Assembly: GCA_937775205.1 (NCBI GenBank)
Contig: CALKBX010000013.1
Coordinates: 15,648 to 79,647, forward strand
DNA: 64,000 nt
DNA from: an uncultured Verrucomicrobiae bacterium
GTDB taxonomy: Bacteria; Verrucomicrobiota; Verrucomicrobiia; Limisphaerales; UBA1100
Reading direction: 5' to 3'
Below are positions 1 to 10,805 of the stretch, in pieces. Numbering within the stretch: position 1 is the stretch's first letter; the number at the start of each line of letters is the position of its first letter. The translations under genes and the position numbers were made by a program. Under the pieces are notes generated by a model. It was given only the letters and a program-made list of their open reading frames with translations. It made no database searches and was not told the origin of the DNA.

Positions 1-95
1 CAAGGGCGACCAGAAACCGCTCAAGACGTGGAACGCGGATGGTTCGCCACGATAGAAGCTTGGTCACACAACAATCACTTAATCATTTTATGGTC

Positions 96-707
96 ATGAA
101 AACACTTCTGATTTCTACCTTGTTGATTTCCCTAAATGCCGGGGCTCAAAATAAACCCGCGCCACCTGCAAAACCCGCGCCGGTGAACCCCGCCATCGCG
201 CTGGCCAAGGCGAAATTTGAATCCGTCAAAGCTGCAGCCGCCCAAGGAGATGCCGCCACCTTGCACGAGCTGGGCGATCTCTATTACGCCGGCAAAGGTA
301 CTGCCCGCAATTACGCCGAGGCGTACAAGGCGTACCTCGCCGCGGCGGAAAAGGGCCACGTGATTTCGGAATCCACCGTGGCGTGGATGTGCCGCAACGG
401 ACAGGGCGTCGCCCGCGATTATAAAAAGTCGATGGAGTGGTACACCAAAGCTGCCGAGAAAGGTCACGTGGAGTCGCAACTTGGTTTGGCCGAGCTGTAT
501 TACAATCAAGTAGGCCTCCCCGCTCGCGATTATTCTGCCGCGTATAAATGGTATCTCATAGCCGATCGCTTGGGCAGCAAAGTCGCCAGAGCCTTCCTGC
601 CCCGAATGCAGCAGACGGTGCTGAAGGAACCGAAAGTAACCGCCGCACAAAAAGCCAGCGCCGAGAAAGCTGCGGACGATTGGCTGGCCGCATACGCCAA
701 AAAATAA
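96..707 (+). CDS. Secreted Sel1-like repeat (SLR/TPR) protein
   Basis: Signal peptide MKTLLISTLLISLNAGAQ followed by repeated Sel1 motifs (ALHELGDLYYAGKG, AMEWYTKAAEKGH, LGLAELYY). ATG at 96 preferred over the ORF-track start at 39. Confidence 0.85.
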   Translation: MKTLLISTLLISLNAGAQNKPAPPAKPAPVNPAIALAKAKFESVKAAAAQGDAATLHELGDLYYAGKGTARNYAEAYKAYLAAAEKGHVISESTVAWMCRNGQGVARDYKKSMEWYTKAAEKGHVESQLGLAELYYNQVGLPARDYSAAYKWYLIADRLGSKVARAFLPRMQQTVLKEPKVTAAQKASAEKAADDWLAAYAKK

Positions 708-733
708 TCAGGGCCAGCGCAACCTCATCGGCC

Positions 734-761
734 TTTGACTTTCTCCTTTTGACTTTTTACT
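734..761 (+). repeat. Short heptamer tandem array TTTGACT-TTCTCCT-TTTGACT-TTTTACT
   Basis: Four 7-nt units read directly in the intergenic gap after the Sel1 gene. Confidence 0.55.
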
Positions 762-769
762 GTCCGCCC

Positions 770-1453
770 GTGAGTTCCCACGACGCCATTCTCGAAGCCA
801 AACTGAAGGTCATCGATGATACCCATCGTTTTGTCCCGCTCAAATCCGCGCTGCTCGTCATTGATATGCAGCACGGATTTATCGACGAAGGCGCTTCGCT
901 GGAAGTCGCTGCCGCGCGCGACATCATTCCCAATCTTGCGAGACTCATTGACTCCTTCCGCGCAGCAGAAGCGCCGGTGATTTTCACCGAGTTCGTTTAT
1001 GCCCAAAACGTGCCGTGCTTGCGCGGCGATCCTTTTGGCACCGAGCATTTGCCCAGCGAAGGCGCGCCCGGCTTTGGCAGCCAATCGAGCAACTGCCTCA
1101 TCGGCCACAACGCCGGCACCGGCGCGGAATCGGCGGACACCATTCCCGCGCTGCAACCGCGCCCGGAGGAACTCATCATCCGCGGCCACACGTACGATAA
1201 ATTTTATGGCACGCCGCTGGATCTCGCGTTGCGCAGCCAAAACATTTCGCATCTTTTTATGGCCGGCATCACCACCGACGTGTGCGTGAACGCTACCCTC
1301 ATCGCCGCCACCCAGCGCAACTACCGCGTCACGGCCATCACCGACGGCTGCGCCTCGCCGTGGCCGGAGCTGCACGAGGCGTGTTTCAAAATCTGGCAGC
1401 CCAAATTCGCGCGTCTCAAGACGACGGGCGAAGTGTTGGCTGAAATCAATTAA
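770..1453 (+). CDS. Isochorismatase-family cysteine hydrolase (RutB/nicotinamidase-like)
   Basis: ALLVIDMQHGF, TYDKFYGTPLDLALR and GITTDVCV motifs carry the Asp-Lys-Cys triad. GTG start at 770 inferred. Confidence 0.9.
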   Translation: MSSHDAILEAKLKVIDDTHRFVPLKSALLVIDMQHGFIDEGASLEVAAARDIIPNLARLIDSFRAAEAPVIFTEFVYAQNVPCLRGDPFGTEHLPSEGAPGFGSQSSNCLIGHNAGTGAESADTIPALQPRPEELIIRGHTYDKFYGTPLDLALRSQNISHLFMAGITTDVCVNATLIAATQRNYRVTAITDGCASPWPELHEACFKIWQPKFARLKTTGEVLAEIN

Positions 1454-2389
1454 ATGAAGCTCTGTCGATTCGAACAAAACGGCCAAGCCGCAAGCCGGTT
1501 TTTATGAAAACGAAAAGGTAATCCCGATGAGCGCGGCTGCAACCGCAGCGGTCGAATCATTAGTGGACACCGATGATTTGCTGGCGTTCCTGCCTAATGG
1601 AAGAGAGCGCGCTGCGGCATTGCGAGTGACGGCATGGTTGCAAGCCAACGCTGAGATCGCAGCGGGCTTGAGCATTGCTGATGCAAAAATTCTAACGCCG
1701 GTTCCGCATCCAAATAAGTTGCTGTTGTTGGCAGGGAATTACGCCAAACACATCGAGGAAAGCGGCGGCATTGCGGTTGAGCGCGCGCGGACGTTTCCGT
1801 ATGTGTTTATGAAACCGCCGTCGACCACGCTGAACCGTCACGGTGGCGAGATATCCCTTCCGGCTGTGTCGCCGGACAACATCGATTGGGAATGCGAACT
1901 GGGCGTGGTGATCGGCAAGGACGCGCCAAGAGGAGTGACAGAGGCCGAGGCCTTGGATTATGTGGCAGGGTACACGGTGGTGAATGACATTTCCGATCGT
2001 GGCTTCCGACCCGAACCCGAATCGCGAGGAGCGCGATCGCGACAAGTTTTTCGATTGGCAACACGGCAAATGGCACGATGGCAGTTGCCCCGTCGGCCCG
2101 TGCATCGCGTGCCCGGAATCCATCCCAGATCCGCAGGCGCTGCCGCTCAAGCTCACCGTCAACGGCGAGGTGCATCAGGACGCCAGCACCGCGATGCAGA
2201 TTTTCCCGGTGGCGGCGGTGATCGAATTTGTGTCCGCCTTCGTCACGCTGGAGCCGGGCGACATCATTTCCACCGGCACCGCCGCCGGCGTGGGCCACGC
2301 GAAAGGCGTGCACCTGCAATCCGGGCGACATCGTCGAGGCCGGCATCGATGGGATTGGGGTGTTGAAAAACACAATGGTTTTGGAGTAG
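1454..2389 (+). CDS. Fumarylacetoacetate hydrolase family protein (three +1 frameshifts, probably sequencing errors)
   Basis: LLLAGNYAKH, VFMKP, DWECELGVVIG, GYTVVNDISDR, GKWHDGSCPVGP and TLEPGDIISTGT motifs lie in successive frames. ATG directly follows the upstream stop. Shifts near 1488, 2020 and 2320. Confidence 0.85.
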
Positions 2390-2399
2390 GGTTTCTGCG

Positions 2400-2936
2400 A
2401 TGGAAACGTCAACCGAGGCCCAATCCCAACCCATCGTCTGTCCCAATTGCGGGGATGCGATTTCCAATCCGCGTTATTTTTGCCCGCACTGCACGCGGCC
2501 CATTCGGGACACGGTGTCGTGCGAAGGCTGTCGGGAGCCGATTGCCGCTCAAGCCAAAAAGTGCCCGCACTGTAACACGGCCAACGCGGCGTTGTTGGCG
2601 GCCCAAGCGGGTCAATTGCAAATCTCGGTGCAGGCAAGCCCGTTCGGGGCATTCTTTTCCACTTGGAATTTTACAAGCCTGTTCCGGCCACCGGTCATCG
2701 AGGTGAAAGGCGGCAAAATCAATACCACGGTTTGGACATTCTTCACGCTGCGCGTGCATCAATCGGAAATTGAAATGACGCGACTGGCCAGCGTGCGCCA
2801 TACCAAAGGCGTGATTTGGAGCAGTCTTGTTTTCGAAACCTTCGGCGGCGCAGCGGAAGATATGGGCCAGCACGGTCTGCGCCACGATGACGCCATCAAC
2901 GTTGCCGCGCGCATCAAAGAAGTCATTGGGCGTTGA
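2400..2936 (+). CDS. Double zinc-ribbon protein with C-terminal bacterial PH-like domain
   Basis: Four CxxC pairs (CPNC, CPHC, CEGC, CPHC) followed by a beta-rich domain ending in a helix. The PH-like assignment is by pattern only. Confidence 0.7.
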   Translation: METSTEAQSQPIVCPNCGDAISNPRYFCPHCTRPIRDTVSCEGCREPIAAQAKKCPHCNTANAALLAAQAGQLQISVQASPFGAFFSTWNFTSLFRPPVIEVKGGKINTTVWTFFTLRVHQSEIEMTRLASVRHTKGVIWSSLVFETFGGAAEDMGQHGLRHDDAINVAARIKEVIGR

Positions 2937-3093
2937 ATTTATCTCATCCTCTGTAACCTTGGAGCCCATTGGCATTATTTCTACGGGCACTGCCGCTGGA
3001 GTCGGGCACGCCAAAGGAGTACATTTGAAAGTCGGCGATCAGGTTGAGGCGAGTATTGAAGAGATCGGAGCCTTGAAAAACACGATGGTTTAA
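2933..3093 (+). pseudogene. FAH 3'-end fragment, copy 2 (decaying)
   Basis: Encodes EFISSSVTLEPIGIISTGTAAGVGHAKGVHLKVGDQVEASIEEIGALKNTMV*, homologous to 2221-2389. No start codon; conserved PGD changed to PIG. Confidence 0.85.
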
Positions 3094-3107
3094 TGAAGTT
3101 AGACCAT

Positions 3108-3124
3108 CGCCTTGACTCGGTGAT
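3108..3124 (+). pseudogene. tRNA-Val(GAC) anticodon-arm remnant
   Basis: TCGCC-TTGACTC-GGTGA stem-loop, at the same offset after the FAH stop as the tRNA 3' half at 11070. Confidence 0.5.
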
Positions 3125-3317
3125 TAATCACTGTAAAGCCTATAAAACAAGGCTCAAACACATATTGATTTGTGCTATTTCGACTAATTTGAGCAGTCAC
3201 ACAAGTCATTCTTTTGGTGCAACTCGAACATCTTAAACCGAAACATAGTAGCAGTTCGACTAAATACATAAACCATGCTAGTCGTCATAGAATGGTGTGG
3301 CATACTAAGCTAGGAAG

Positions 3318-5747
3318 ATGATAACCATTCTTAAAATCACTGGCATCATGCTTGTTTTTCCGGCGATAACTTTCGCTGCTGAGCCGGCATTCGAAATGAT
3401 TCTGCAAAAGCATTGTGTGCGGTGTCATGGGCCGAAAAAGGCCAAAGGCGATTTGCGGTTGGATCAGATTTCGAGGGATTTTAAATCAGGAGTGGACGGA
3501 CAGATCTGGGCGGAGGTTGTCGAAAAAATTAATGCGGGCGAAATGCCGCCGGAGGATGAACCACAGCCGACATCCGAAGAGATCGGCAAGGTTATCTCAG
3601 AACTGGATACACGCATTCGCGAAGGCCGTGCCGAGCGCATGGCTGCACGACCGCCGGTGGCTCACTACCGACTCAGCCGCAACGAATATCAAAACACCGT
3701 TTATGATCTCTTGGGAGTCCGCTACGATCCGGCCAAGCCGGGCGAGTTGAATGAAGACACGCTTTGGCTCGGTTACGAACGGATCGGCTCGCAGCTTTCG
3801 CTCTCGCCTTCGCATGTGAATCGTTATTACCGCGCGGCGGAGATCGTACTCGACCGTGCTTTTCCCAAAAAAGTTGCCGAGACACGCAAGGTGCGCAAGA
3901 CGGCGGCGGAATTGAGGTATGGCGGCGGTGAGCAACAAAAGGAGGCTCTGGCTCGGTTCGGCATCAAACGTCCGCTGCGTTACCTCCATTTTCCTGGCCG
4001 CGTCCAAACTGCACTGTCCCCGAACTGGCTGGGTCGAACGGGTCCGGAACACAGCGGTCTTTACAAACTACGACTGCAAGCCAGCGGCATTCGCCCGCCC
4101 GGCGGTCAACCGGCCCACCTGAGCATTGGTAAGCGCACCAGTGAAGAGACCGTGGACGGCCTCATTGAACTCGATATCACCGCACCGGAAGACAGACCGC
4201 AGGTATATGAATTTGAAGTGTTCCTTGAGATGCCTACAGGACTGCACTTTGCGGTGGTGGCAACCGACGAAGTCGACCGGCGTGGCGGCGCGGCCTTCCG
4301 CAACGCGATCGCCAGCCGGGCTTATATCTTCACGCACAGCAGTGAGACTTTGCTCCTGAATCCCAACGCACCGCAGATGTTCGATGACAAAGGCAATGGC
4401 ATTTTTTCGACAGTAATTCTCGACTGGCTGGAATGGGAGGGCCCGTTGGTGACTGACGCGGAAAAATCCCGGCGCCGTGACGTGATACCACCCGAGGACG
4501 CCACGGTTGAAGTGGTCGCCGAGTATTTGCAACGCTTTGCCGAACGCGCCTGGCGCCGTCCGGTGAAATCGGCGGAATTAAAGAACTATCTCGACTCCTA
4601 CCACGTTGATCGCGAGGCCGGCGAAAAAGCGGTTTCCGCTTATTGCAATGCCCTACTGAGAGTGCTGACTTCCCGGAATTTCATCTACCTGGTCGAGGGT
4701 GATCCCGTGGCCCGCGAACGGCTCACGGATCAGGAACTCGCTTCGCGGCTTTCGTATTTTCTCTGGAGCTCGATGCCTGACGACGCGCTCCTTACCGCGG
4801 CCAAGGCCGGCAGCCTGAAAGAGGACCGATTGCAAAAGGAAGTAAACCGAATGCTGACCGATGTCCGGATCAACCGTTTCATCGAAGATTTTTCAAGGCA
4901 ATGGCTGCAACTGCATCGCGTGGGCATGTTCCCGCCGGACAAAAAACTGTACCTCGGCTACGACGATTGGCTCGAGACGAGCATGCGCAATGAGCCGGTG
5001 GAATATTTCCGTGAGTTGCTGACCAAGAACCTGCCTATCGAGAGTTTGATCGACTCGGACTGGACCATGGCCAACGCGCGACTTTGTGATTTCTACGGAT
5101 TGCCAGATCCAAAAAACGGCGGCTTCCAGCGCGTCACGCTCAAGGACGGAGATCATCGCGGCGGCCTGCTTACGATGGGGGCAGTGCTTGGTTTGACCTC
5201 CGACGGAACCCGCCATCGCCCAGTGCATCGCGGGGTTTGGGTCAGCGAAACGATCTTTAACAAGACACCGCCACCGCCGCCGGCCAATGTCGACCCTATC
5301 GAGCCGGTGCCGCCCACGGGCAATAAGATCACCATCCGGCAGCGCATCGAGGCACACGCCAAGAACGCGAACTGCGCAGCGTGCCACCGCACGATCGATC
5401 CGTTGGGGCTAGCCTTCGACCAATATGACGCCATCGGCCAATGGCGTACCCATGAACACGTGCCGACCGGTGTGGGTGAGAATCCGTTGGTGGACGCGTC
5501 CGGCGTCATGCCCGATGGCCGGAAGTTTGCGAACTCGGCCCAGTTCAAGCAATTGCTGTTGGAGGATCGCGACCAGATTGCGCGGGCGTTCATTGAGCAT
5601 CTTTGCACCTACGCGCTACGGCGCGTGTTGACAGTCGACGACCGCGATGACATTCAATCCATCGTTGAAAAAGCCAAGCAAGGACAGTATCGTGTTCAAA
5701 ACATTGTTCGGGCTGTGGCCACTTCCGAACTATTACAAAAACGCTAA
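3318..5747 (+). CDS. DUF1592/DUF1588/DUF1587/DUF1595/DUF1585 protein with planctomycete-type cytochrome c domain
   Basis: Signal peptide; CxxCH haem motifs CVRCH and CAACH; family motifs [44 protein letters not shown] and PPPPP. Confidence 0.9.
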   Translation: MITILKITGIMLVFPAITFAAEPAFEMILQKHCVRCHGPKKAKGDLRLDQISRDFKSGVDGQIWAEVVEKINAGEMPPEDEPQPTSEEIGKVISELDTRIREGRAERMAARPPVAHYRLSRNEYQNTVYDLLGVRYDPAKPGELNEDTLWLGYERIGSQLSLSPSHVNRYYRAAEIVLDRAFPKKVAETRKVRKTAAELRYGGGEQQKEALARFGIKRPLRYLHFPGRVQTALSPNWLGRTGPEHSGLYKLRLQASGIRPPGGQPAHLSIGKRTSEETVDGLIELDITAPEDRPQVYEFEVFLEMPTGLHFAVVATDEVDRRGGAAFRNAIASRAYIFTHSSETLLLNPNAPQMFDDKGNGIFSTVILDWLEWEGPLVTDAEKSRRRDVIPPEDATVEVVAEYLQRFAERAWRRPVKSAELKNYLDSYHVDREAGEKAVSAYCNALLRVLTSRNFIYLVEGDPVARERLTDQELASRLSYFLWSSMPDDALLTAAKAGSLKEDRLQKEVNRMLTDVRINRFIEDFSRQWLQLHRVGMFPPDKKLYLGYDDWLETSMRNEPVEYFRELLTKNLPIESLIDSDWTMANARLCDFYGLPDPKNGGFQRVTLKDGDHRGGLLTMGAVLGLTSDGTRHRPVHRGVWVSETIFNKTPPPPPANVDPIEPVPPTGNKITIRQRIEAHAKNANCAACHRTIDPLGLAFDQYDAIGQWRTHEHVPTGVGENPLVDASGVMPDGRKFANSAQFKQLLLEDRDQIARAFIEHLCTYALRRVLTVDDRDDIQSIVEKAKQGQYRVQNIVRAVATSELLQKR

Positions 5748-5762
5748 AACCCAAGCCGAATC

Positions 5763-7118
5763 ATGAGCAATATTCAGACCCAATCCTGGTTAATCGACCG
5801 CCGCCACGCCCTGCGCGCAATGGGAACCTGCATCGCCCTGCCGATGCTTGAGTGCATGATCCCGCTGACGGCCAAGGAGAAAATCAGCTCGCCGCGACGC
5901 AGTGCCTTCATTTACCTCGCCAACGGCGTGCATTCGCTAAATTACCAGATCACCAAGCCGGGCAACGATTACCAATTCTCTCGCTCGCTCAAGCCGCTGG
6001 AGAAATTCCGTAACACCATAACGCCAATCAGCGGTCTGCACCATCCCGGAAGTCTGGGGCATCACCACAACTGCATCGACATCTTTCTGACCGGCGCCAA
6101 GATCGGTGCAGCGCATCGCAACACCATTTCAGTGGACCAAAAGATGGCGCAGGTCAGCGGGCAGCATACGCGCTATTCCTCCATGGAAATCGCGCTCACC
6201 GGCGGGTCCCTCGCCTGGACCCCGGACGGCGTTCAGCTTCCCGCAATGCGGCGGTGTAAACAAATTTTCGCCTCACTCTTCGAGGAGCCCAAGGACGGTA
6301 TTGCCGCCCAACGAAAGGCACTGCGACGCAAAGCCAGTGTGCTGGATGACAACCTTACCGAAGTTCGTCGTCTGTCTCAGAAAATCGGTGCAGCCGATAA
6401 AGGCCGCCTCGACCAATACCTCACCTCTGTCCGTGAGGCTGAGATTCGCACACGCCGCGCCGATGCCTGGCTCGACACGCCATTGCCGGAGATTTCTGCA
6501 GCCGACCGTCAACGCACCAACCGCGATGTGCCCAAGACACAGGCAGGCGACTATTTCCGCACGGTCTATGACCTCATGGTGCTGGCTTTCCAAACGGACG
6601 CTACGCGCGTGGCCACTTTCAGCCTAGGCGGCGAGGGCGATGCGTTCGCCATTCCGGAGATTGGTATCACCGAATCGCGCCACCAACTCAGCCACCACGG
6701 TGGTGATGAAGGCTACATGGAGAAGCTCACCAACTACGATACCTTCGCCATCGATCAATTCAGCTACTTCCTCACGCGGCTTTCGGAAACCAAGGATCTG
6801 AACGGTAAATCGTTGCTCGGTTCAACCATGTCGCTCTTCGGCAGCGGCATGTCCTACGGACACAGCCATGGGAATGCCAACCTGCCACTGGTACTCGCTG
6901 GCGGCACAGATCTCGGCCTGAAGCACGGCAGCCACCTCGATTTCAATCAGGGTCATTTCGACGGCTACACACTCAATAAGCCCGGCGACCACTACCGCCT
7001 CTGCAGTCGCCCTGCGAACACGGATGCCCACATGAGCAACCTGCTCCTCCTCATGTCCCAAAAGATGGGTTTGGAAACCGATCAATTCGGCGATAGCAAC
7101 AAAGTGATTTCGTTATGA
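5763..7118 (+). CDS. DUF1552 family protein
   Basis: Twin-arginine-like N-terminus (IDRRHALR), [22 protein letters not shown] and LPLVLAGG motifs; canonical partner downstream of DUF1592. Confidence 0.9.
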   Translation: MSNIQTQSWLIDRRHALRAMGTCIALPMLECMIPLTAKEKISSPRRSAFIYLANGVHSLNYQITKPGNDYQFSRSLKPLEKFRNTITPISGLHHPGSLGHHHNCIDIFLTGAKIGAAHRNTISVDQKMAQVSGQHTRYSSMEIALTGGSLAWTPDGVQLPAMRRCKQIFASLFEEPKDGIAAQRKALRRKASVLDDNLTEVRRLSQKIGAADKGRLDQYLTSVREAEIRTRRADAWLDTPLPEISAADRQRTNRDVPKTQAGDYFRTVYDLMVLAFQTDATRVATFSLGGEGDAFAIPEIGITESRHQLSHHGGDEGYMEKLTNYDTFAIDQFSYFLTRLSETKDLNGKSLLGSTMSLFGSGMSYGHSHGNANLPLVLAGGTDLGLKHGSHLDFNQGHFDGYTLNKPGDHYRLCSRPANTDAHMSNLLLLMSQKMGLETDQFGDSNKVISL

Positions 7119-8405
7119 CTCGGATACAACCCGGCATACGTTTCGCCGTGCTGACACTCGGCGCGGCCCTGCTGACTGTGCCTTCTTACGCTGAGGAAAA
7201 ACCGTTCCGCCCTGAAGCGGGGAAGTTTCCTCCCTTGGACAAAGCACATGCCTACCGGGGCGAACTCATCTTTGTCGATCACGCCAACCGCCGTGGCAGC
7301 CTCCGCGTCGAAGGAACGGGCAAATTTTACCGAAACGACCCCCATCCATTCGCTCTACTTCCTTATGGCATAGTCCGCTACCACGATGCGCCTGCGGATC
7401 TGCGGGACGTTCCCTTGGGAACCGTTTTGCATGCCCATGGATTTCTACCGCCTGACCCCAAAATTTCCTCCGTTCCGGTATTGCCGACCAACAATAAGGG
7501 CAAGGACGCCGGCCATTATCGCGGCACTGGCATTTTCCCCGCAGAGAACCACGTCCTTCTACTTGAGGACGAGCCCAGTTACTGCAGACGAAACGGACTA
7601 ATCTGGAAACTCATGGAAGTGGAGATCAAGGGCAACGAGGGTTCGATTCTTGCCAGGCGTGAATCTCAAAAAAAGGATGAGAAAAAATACGAACCGGAAA
7701 AAATGACTTTCGATGCCGCCACACGTATTTGGCGTGGTCGCGAATCAATCCGAGTCTCGGATCTGATCGACGAGAAAGTATGGCCGGTAAGTGGAAAGAA
7801 AGAACCCAACGATCAAGCCGTTCTTGCTGAGCATCACTTGGAAACCCGCTCCTGGGGATGGACTGAGTGGGGCTTTCACACGCTTTCACGTCTCGGATAT
7901 CTGGTTGGACGACAAGTCTATTGAACACGCGGCCTATTTTCAGACTGAGAAGCACAAGACCTTTATCAAAAGCCGCTGGATGCCCGCCCGGGTTGATGAA
8001 ATAAACTATGGCAAGTTCGGTCGAGCTACCGTAACGGCTACCTTGTTCGGAGGAATGAGCGAATCCACCTTTATTCCGACTTCCGAAAGGGAAAGCGGTG
8101 GGCAAATTAATGGTGCGGAAAACACCCTGAAGCACACTGCAGGCCACTATGGCCCCGGACACATGGCCTCGGGTGGTAAAATCCTTCGAGTAAAGAAGAC
8201 GAGTGGTAAGATTCCCCTTGGCAGCAGCGGCATACAAGTCCAGTTCGAAACCGACCTCGTCATCGAGGGCATCCGCCCCGGCACGGGTCATCCGCGTTCG
8301 ACCGGACTCGTTGGCCCAAGATGCAGATACCCCGGGAAGAATACCTTTTCACATAACACGCCCGAGGACCGGTTCCCGACTCCGGCCATCTTCCCGAAAT
8401 ACTGA
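7115..8405 (+). CDS. Secreted protein of unknown function, paralog A (multiple frameshifts, probably errors)
   Basis: Signal peptide; colinear with the 8423-9688 protein across frame changes near 7830, 8070-8100 and 8280-8350; shared C-terminus PE(D/E)[11 protein letters not shown]. Confidence 0.75.
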
Positions 8406-8422
8406 CCCTAGGAAATCGCCTC

Positions 8423-9688
8423 ATGACTCAACTTAAACTTGTCCGATGGATCGCCACGCTGCCCCTCAGTGTGTGCCTCCTCGTTTCCAAAGCCAATGCC
8501 CAGGAAGAACCGTTCCGTCCTGAGGCGGGTAAATTCCCTCCGCTGGAAAAGGCTCATTCCTTCCGAGGCGAACTCACATTTGTTGACCACGCAAACCGAC
8601 GAGGCAGCCTACGCATCCAAGGCGCGGGCACCTACTTCCGCAACGCGCCGCACCCCTTCGCCATGTTGCCCTACGGCATCATCCGCTATCATGGAGCTCC
8701 TGCTGAACTGCGCGACATTCCCATCGGCACCGTACTCCATGCTCGGGGCTTTCTCCCGCCGAATCCCAAGCTTTCTTCCGTGCCGGTCTTGCCGGTCAAC
8801 AACCGGAACAAGACCGTCGGCTACAGCGGCAAAGGCATCGCCCCTGCCGAGAACCACCTCATCCTATTGGAAGACGAACCCAGCTTCTGCCAACGCGAAG
8901 GCAAAGTCTGGAAGCTCAAGGAAGTGGAACTCCAGAACAACACTGGCAAGATCACAGCTCGCCGCGAAGCCAAAATCGACGCCAACAAGGCCGAAGAGAA
9001 AACATTAACTTTCGATGCCGCCACCCGCATCTGGCGCGGTCGTGAGAAACTCGAAGTGGCCGACCTTGTCGCTGATGGCATCTGGCCTGCCAACGGCAAG
9101 AAAACCCTCAATGATCAAGCCGTCTTGCTCGGCATCACCTGGAAACCCACTCCGAGTAACATCTTTACCCGTTTCCACATCTCAGACATCTGGTTGGACG
9201 ATGTCGCCATGCAACGCGCCGCGCGTAATCAGACTGAGACGCACAAAGCATTCATCCGAACCCGCTGGATGCCCGGTTGGATTGATGCGGTTGAGTACGG
9301 CAAATTTGGTACCGCCACGGTGACCGCTACCCTATTCGGCGGCATGGATGAATCACTCTACGCAGATTTTAAGAAGGATTCCTCCGCCCTGATGAACGCA
9401 GTGGAGAGTAACCTCAAGCACACGCACGGCGCCTACAGCCCTGCTCACATGGCCAGTAAAGGCCCCATCCTTGATGTCATGAAAACCAAAGGTGACATCC
9501 CGTTCGGCAGCAGCGGTATCCAGATCAAATTCAAGACCGACCTTATCATCGAAGGCATACGCCCCGGCCGCAACATCCGCGTGCGCCCAAGTCACTGGCC
9601 TCACGTCAATATCCCCCGCGAAGAATACCTCGGCGGCAATACCCCCGAAGAACGCTTCCCTACCCCAGCCATCTTCCCGAAATATTGA
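8423..9688 (+). CDS. Secreted protein of unknown function, paralog B
   Basis: Intact 421-aa ORF with signal peptide; strong similarity to paralog A ([37 protein letters not shown]). Confidence 0.85.
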   Translation: MTQLKLVRWIATLPLSVCLLVSKANAQEEPFRPEAGKFPPLEKAHSFRGELTFVDHANRRGSLRIQGAGTYFRNAPHPFAMLPYGIIRYHGAPAELRDIPIGTVLHARGFLPPNPKLSSVPVLPVNNRNKTVGYSGKGIAPAENHLILLEDEPSFCQREGKVWKLKEVELQNNTGKITARREAKIDANKAEEKTLTFDAATRIWRGREKLEVADLVADGIWPANGKKTLNDQAVLLGITWKPTPSNIFTRFHISDIWLDDVAMQRAARNQTETHKAFIRTRWMPGWIDAVEYGKFGTATVTATLFGGMDESLYADFKKDSSALMNAVESNLKHTHGAYSPAHMASKGPILDVMKTKGDIPFGSSGIQIKFKTDLIIEGIRPGRNIRVRPSHWPHVNIPREEYLGGNTPEERFPTPAIFPKY

Positions 9689-9838
9689 GGCGACTATTAT
9701 CCGCCTCCACCTCAAAATTGGCCCAAGATCACTCCTTCTTCGAAGAATAAATCCGCGGCCTCGAAGCCCGCTGGCTGAGCTCTGAAATTTTCAAGAAGTA
9801 ATCGAGTGTTTGAACGAACTTCATGTTTTCCTAGGAAA

Positions 9839-9881
9839 GAGCGGTTAGCTCAGTTGGGAGAGCACTGCCTCGACACGGCGG
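9839..9881 (+). pseudogene. tRNA-Val(GAC) 5' half
   Basis: GAGCGGT-TA-GCTC-AGTTGGGA-GAGC-A-CTGCC-TCGACAC-GGCGG gives acceptor strand, D arm and anticodon arm (GAC). No T arm or CCA follows. Confidence 0.8.
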
Positions 9882-9911
9882 TGGCGCTGGGATAGAGAGC
9901 TTTCCTGAAAT

Positions 9912-10310
9912 CTATTCACTGTCAGAATCTTCCGCTGGATCTTCTCCGGATTCTGCAGCAGCAGCCTCACGAGCCTTGCGGGCTTCAATAAATGAACGGA
10001 TGCACAATCCAACAAAAACAACGCATAATACTAGCGTCACGGATTTAGCCGCAAGGGCAGCGGTGGGTTGACCTTTTTTTAATAGGGTGGGAATTACACC
10101 AATTGCCCCAATCAAGCCCACCATTACCGCGATGTGCATAGCCATCATCCGTCTATTTTCATTGGATGCTAGAAATCCACAGACCAGAAGAATCAACCCC
10201 AAGGCAGCAGGAATCAAAGCCGTTAGCTGCTCTGCACCTGTACCAAAATATCCGGCCAATCCAGTGGCGAGCAAAAGCGCCCCGAACAAAATTGTTATCT
10301 TATACATCAT
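9912..10310 (-). CDS. Small membrane protein (about 4 TM, TMEM14-like)
   Basis: Four hydrophobic segments (GLAGYFGTG, TALIPAALGLILL, AMHIAVMVGLIG, SVTLVLCVVFV) and an acidic tail. Family resemblance is by pattern. Confidence 0.7.
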   Translation of the reverse strand: MMYKITILFGALLLATGLAGYFGTGAEQLTALIPAALGLILLVCGFLASNENRRMMAMHIAVMVGLIGAIGVIPTLLKKGQPTAALAAKSVTLVLCVVFVGLCIRSFIEARKAREAAAAESGEDPAEDSDSE

Positions 10311-10348
10311 CGCGGCTGTCATTCTAACGGTTTACACACAAAGGTAAA

Positions 10349-10373
10349 GCTCTAGAGGCAGGACTCGAACCTG
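10349..10373 (-). pseudogene. Possible tRNA T-arm/3' fragment (tRNA-Leu-like)
   Basis: Minus strand reads CAGG-TTCGAGT-CCTG-CCTCTAGAGC, a perfect T stem-loop; the rest of the tRNA is absent. Confidence 0.4.
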
Positions 10374-10427
10374 TTCTGTTGTTTTCTGGGGGTAGTTGAC
10401 AGATTATTCACAACTTCGGATATACAC

Positions 10428-10460
10428 CACATCGAAACGGAGGGGGTCACTGGTTCGGGC
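10428..10460 (+). pseudogene. tRNA-Val fragment (anticodon arm to T loop), degenerate
   Basis: CACATCGAAACGGAGGGGGTCACTGGTTCGGGC matches 11071-11103 at 27/33 nt and abuts the ADH-fragment stop codon. Confidence 0.7.
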
Positions 10461-10805
10461 TTAAAACAAAATTACTTGGCGCGCGACTTCGCCTTTGTGG
10501 AGGCGATCGAAGCCTTCGTTGATTTCTTCCAAATGAAGGGTGTCAGTGAGTAGCTGGTCCACCGGTAATTGGCCGGCATGGAACATCTCAATAAACTTCG
10601 GGATATCACGGCTCGGCACGCAGCTTCCCTGATAGGAGCCTTTCACCGTTTTCTCCATCGCACTCAATGTGACGGCAGGAATACTGAATTGATGGTCTGG
10701 ATGCGGTAAACCAATGGCGACCGTGGTGCCTCCACGCATGGTCGATTCATAGGCTTGGGCGAGCACGGTGGCGTTTCCCGCGCTCTCAATAGCGATTTCC
10801 AAACC
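10461..10805 (-). pseudogene. Zn-ADH 3'-end fragment (duplicate of 17521-17865)
   Basis: About 113 in-frame codons homologous to the ADH C-terminus (GSYQGSCVPSRDIP...VARQVILF*); lacks the catalytic N-terminal part. Confidence 0.9.

Noticed and set aside
548-769. Long N-terminal extensions given by the ORF track for the isochorismatase (and for xth at 23172 and mqnD at 55701)
   Set aside because: They overlap neighbouring genes and lack family similarity; downstream starts fit better.
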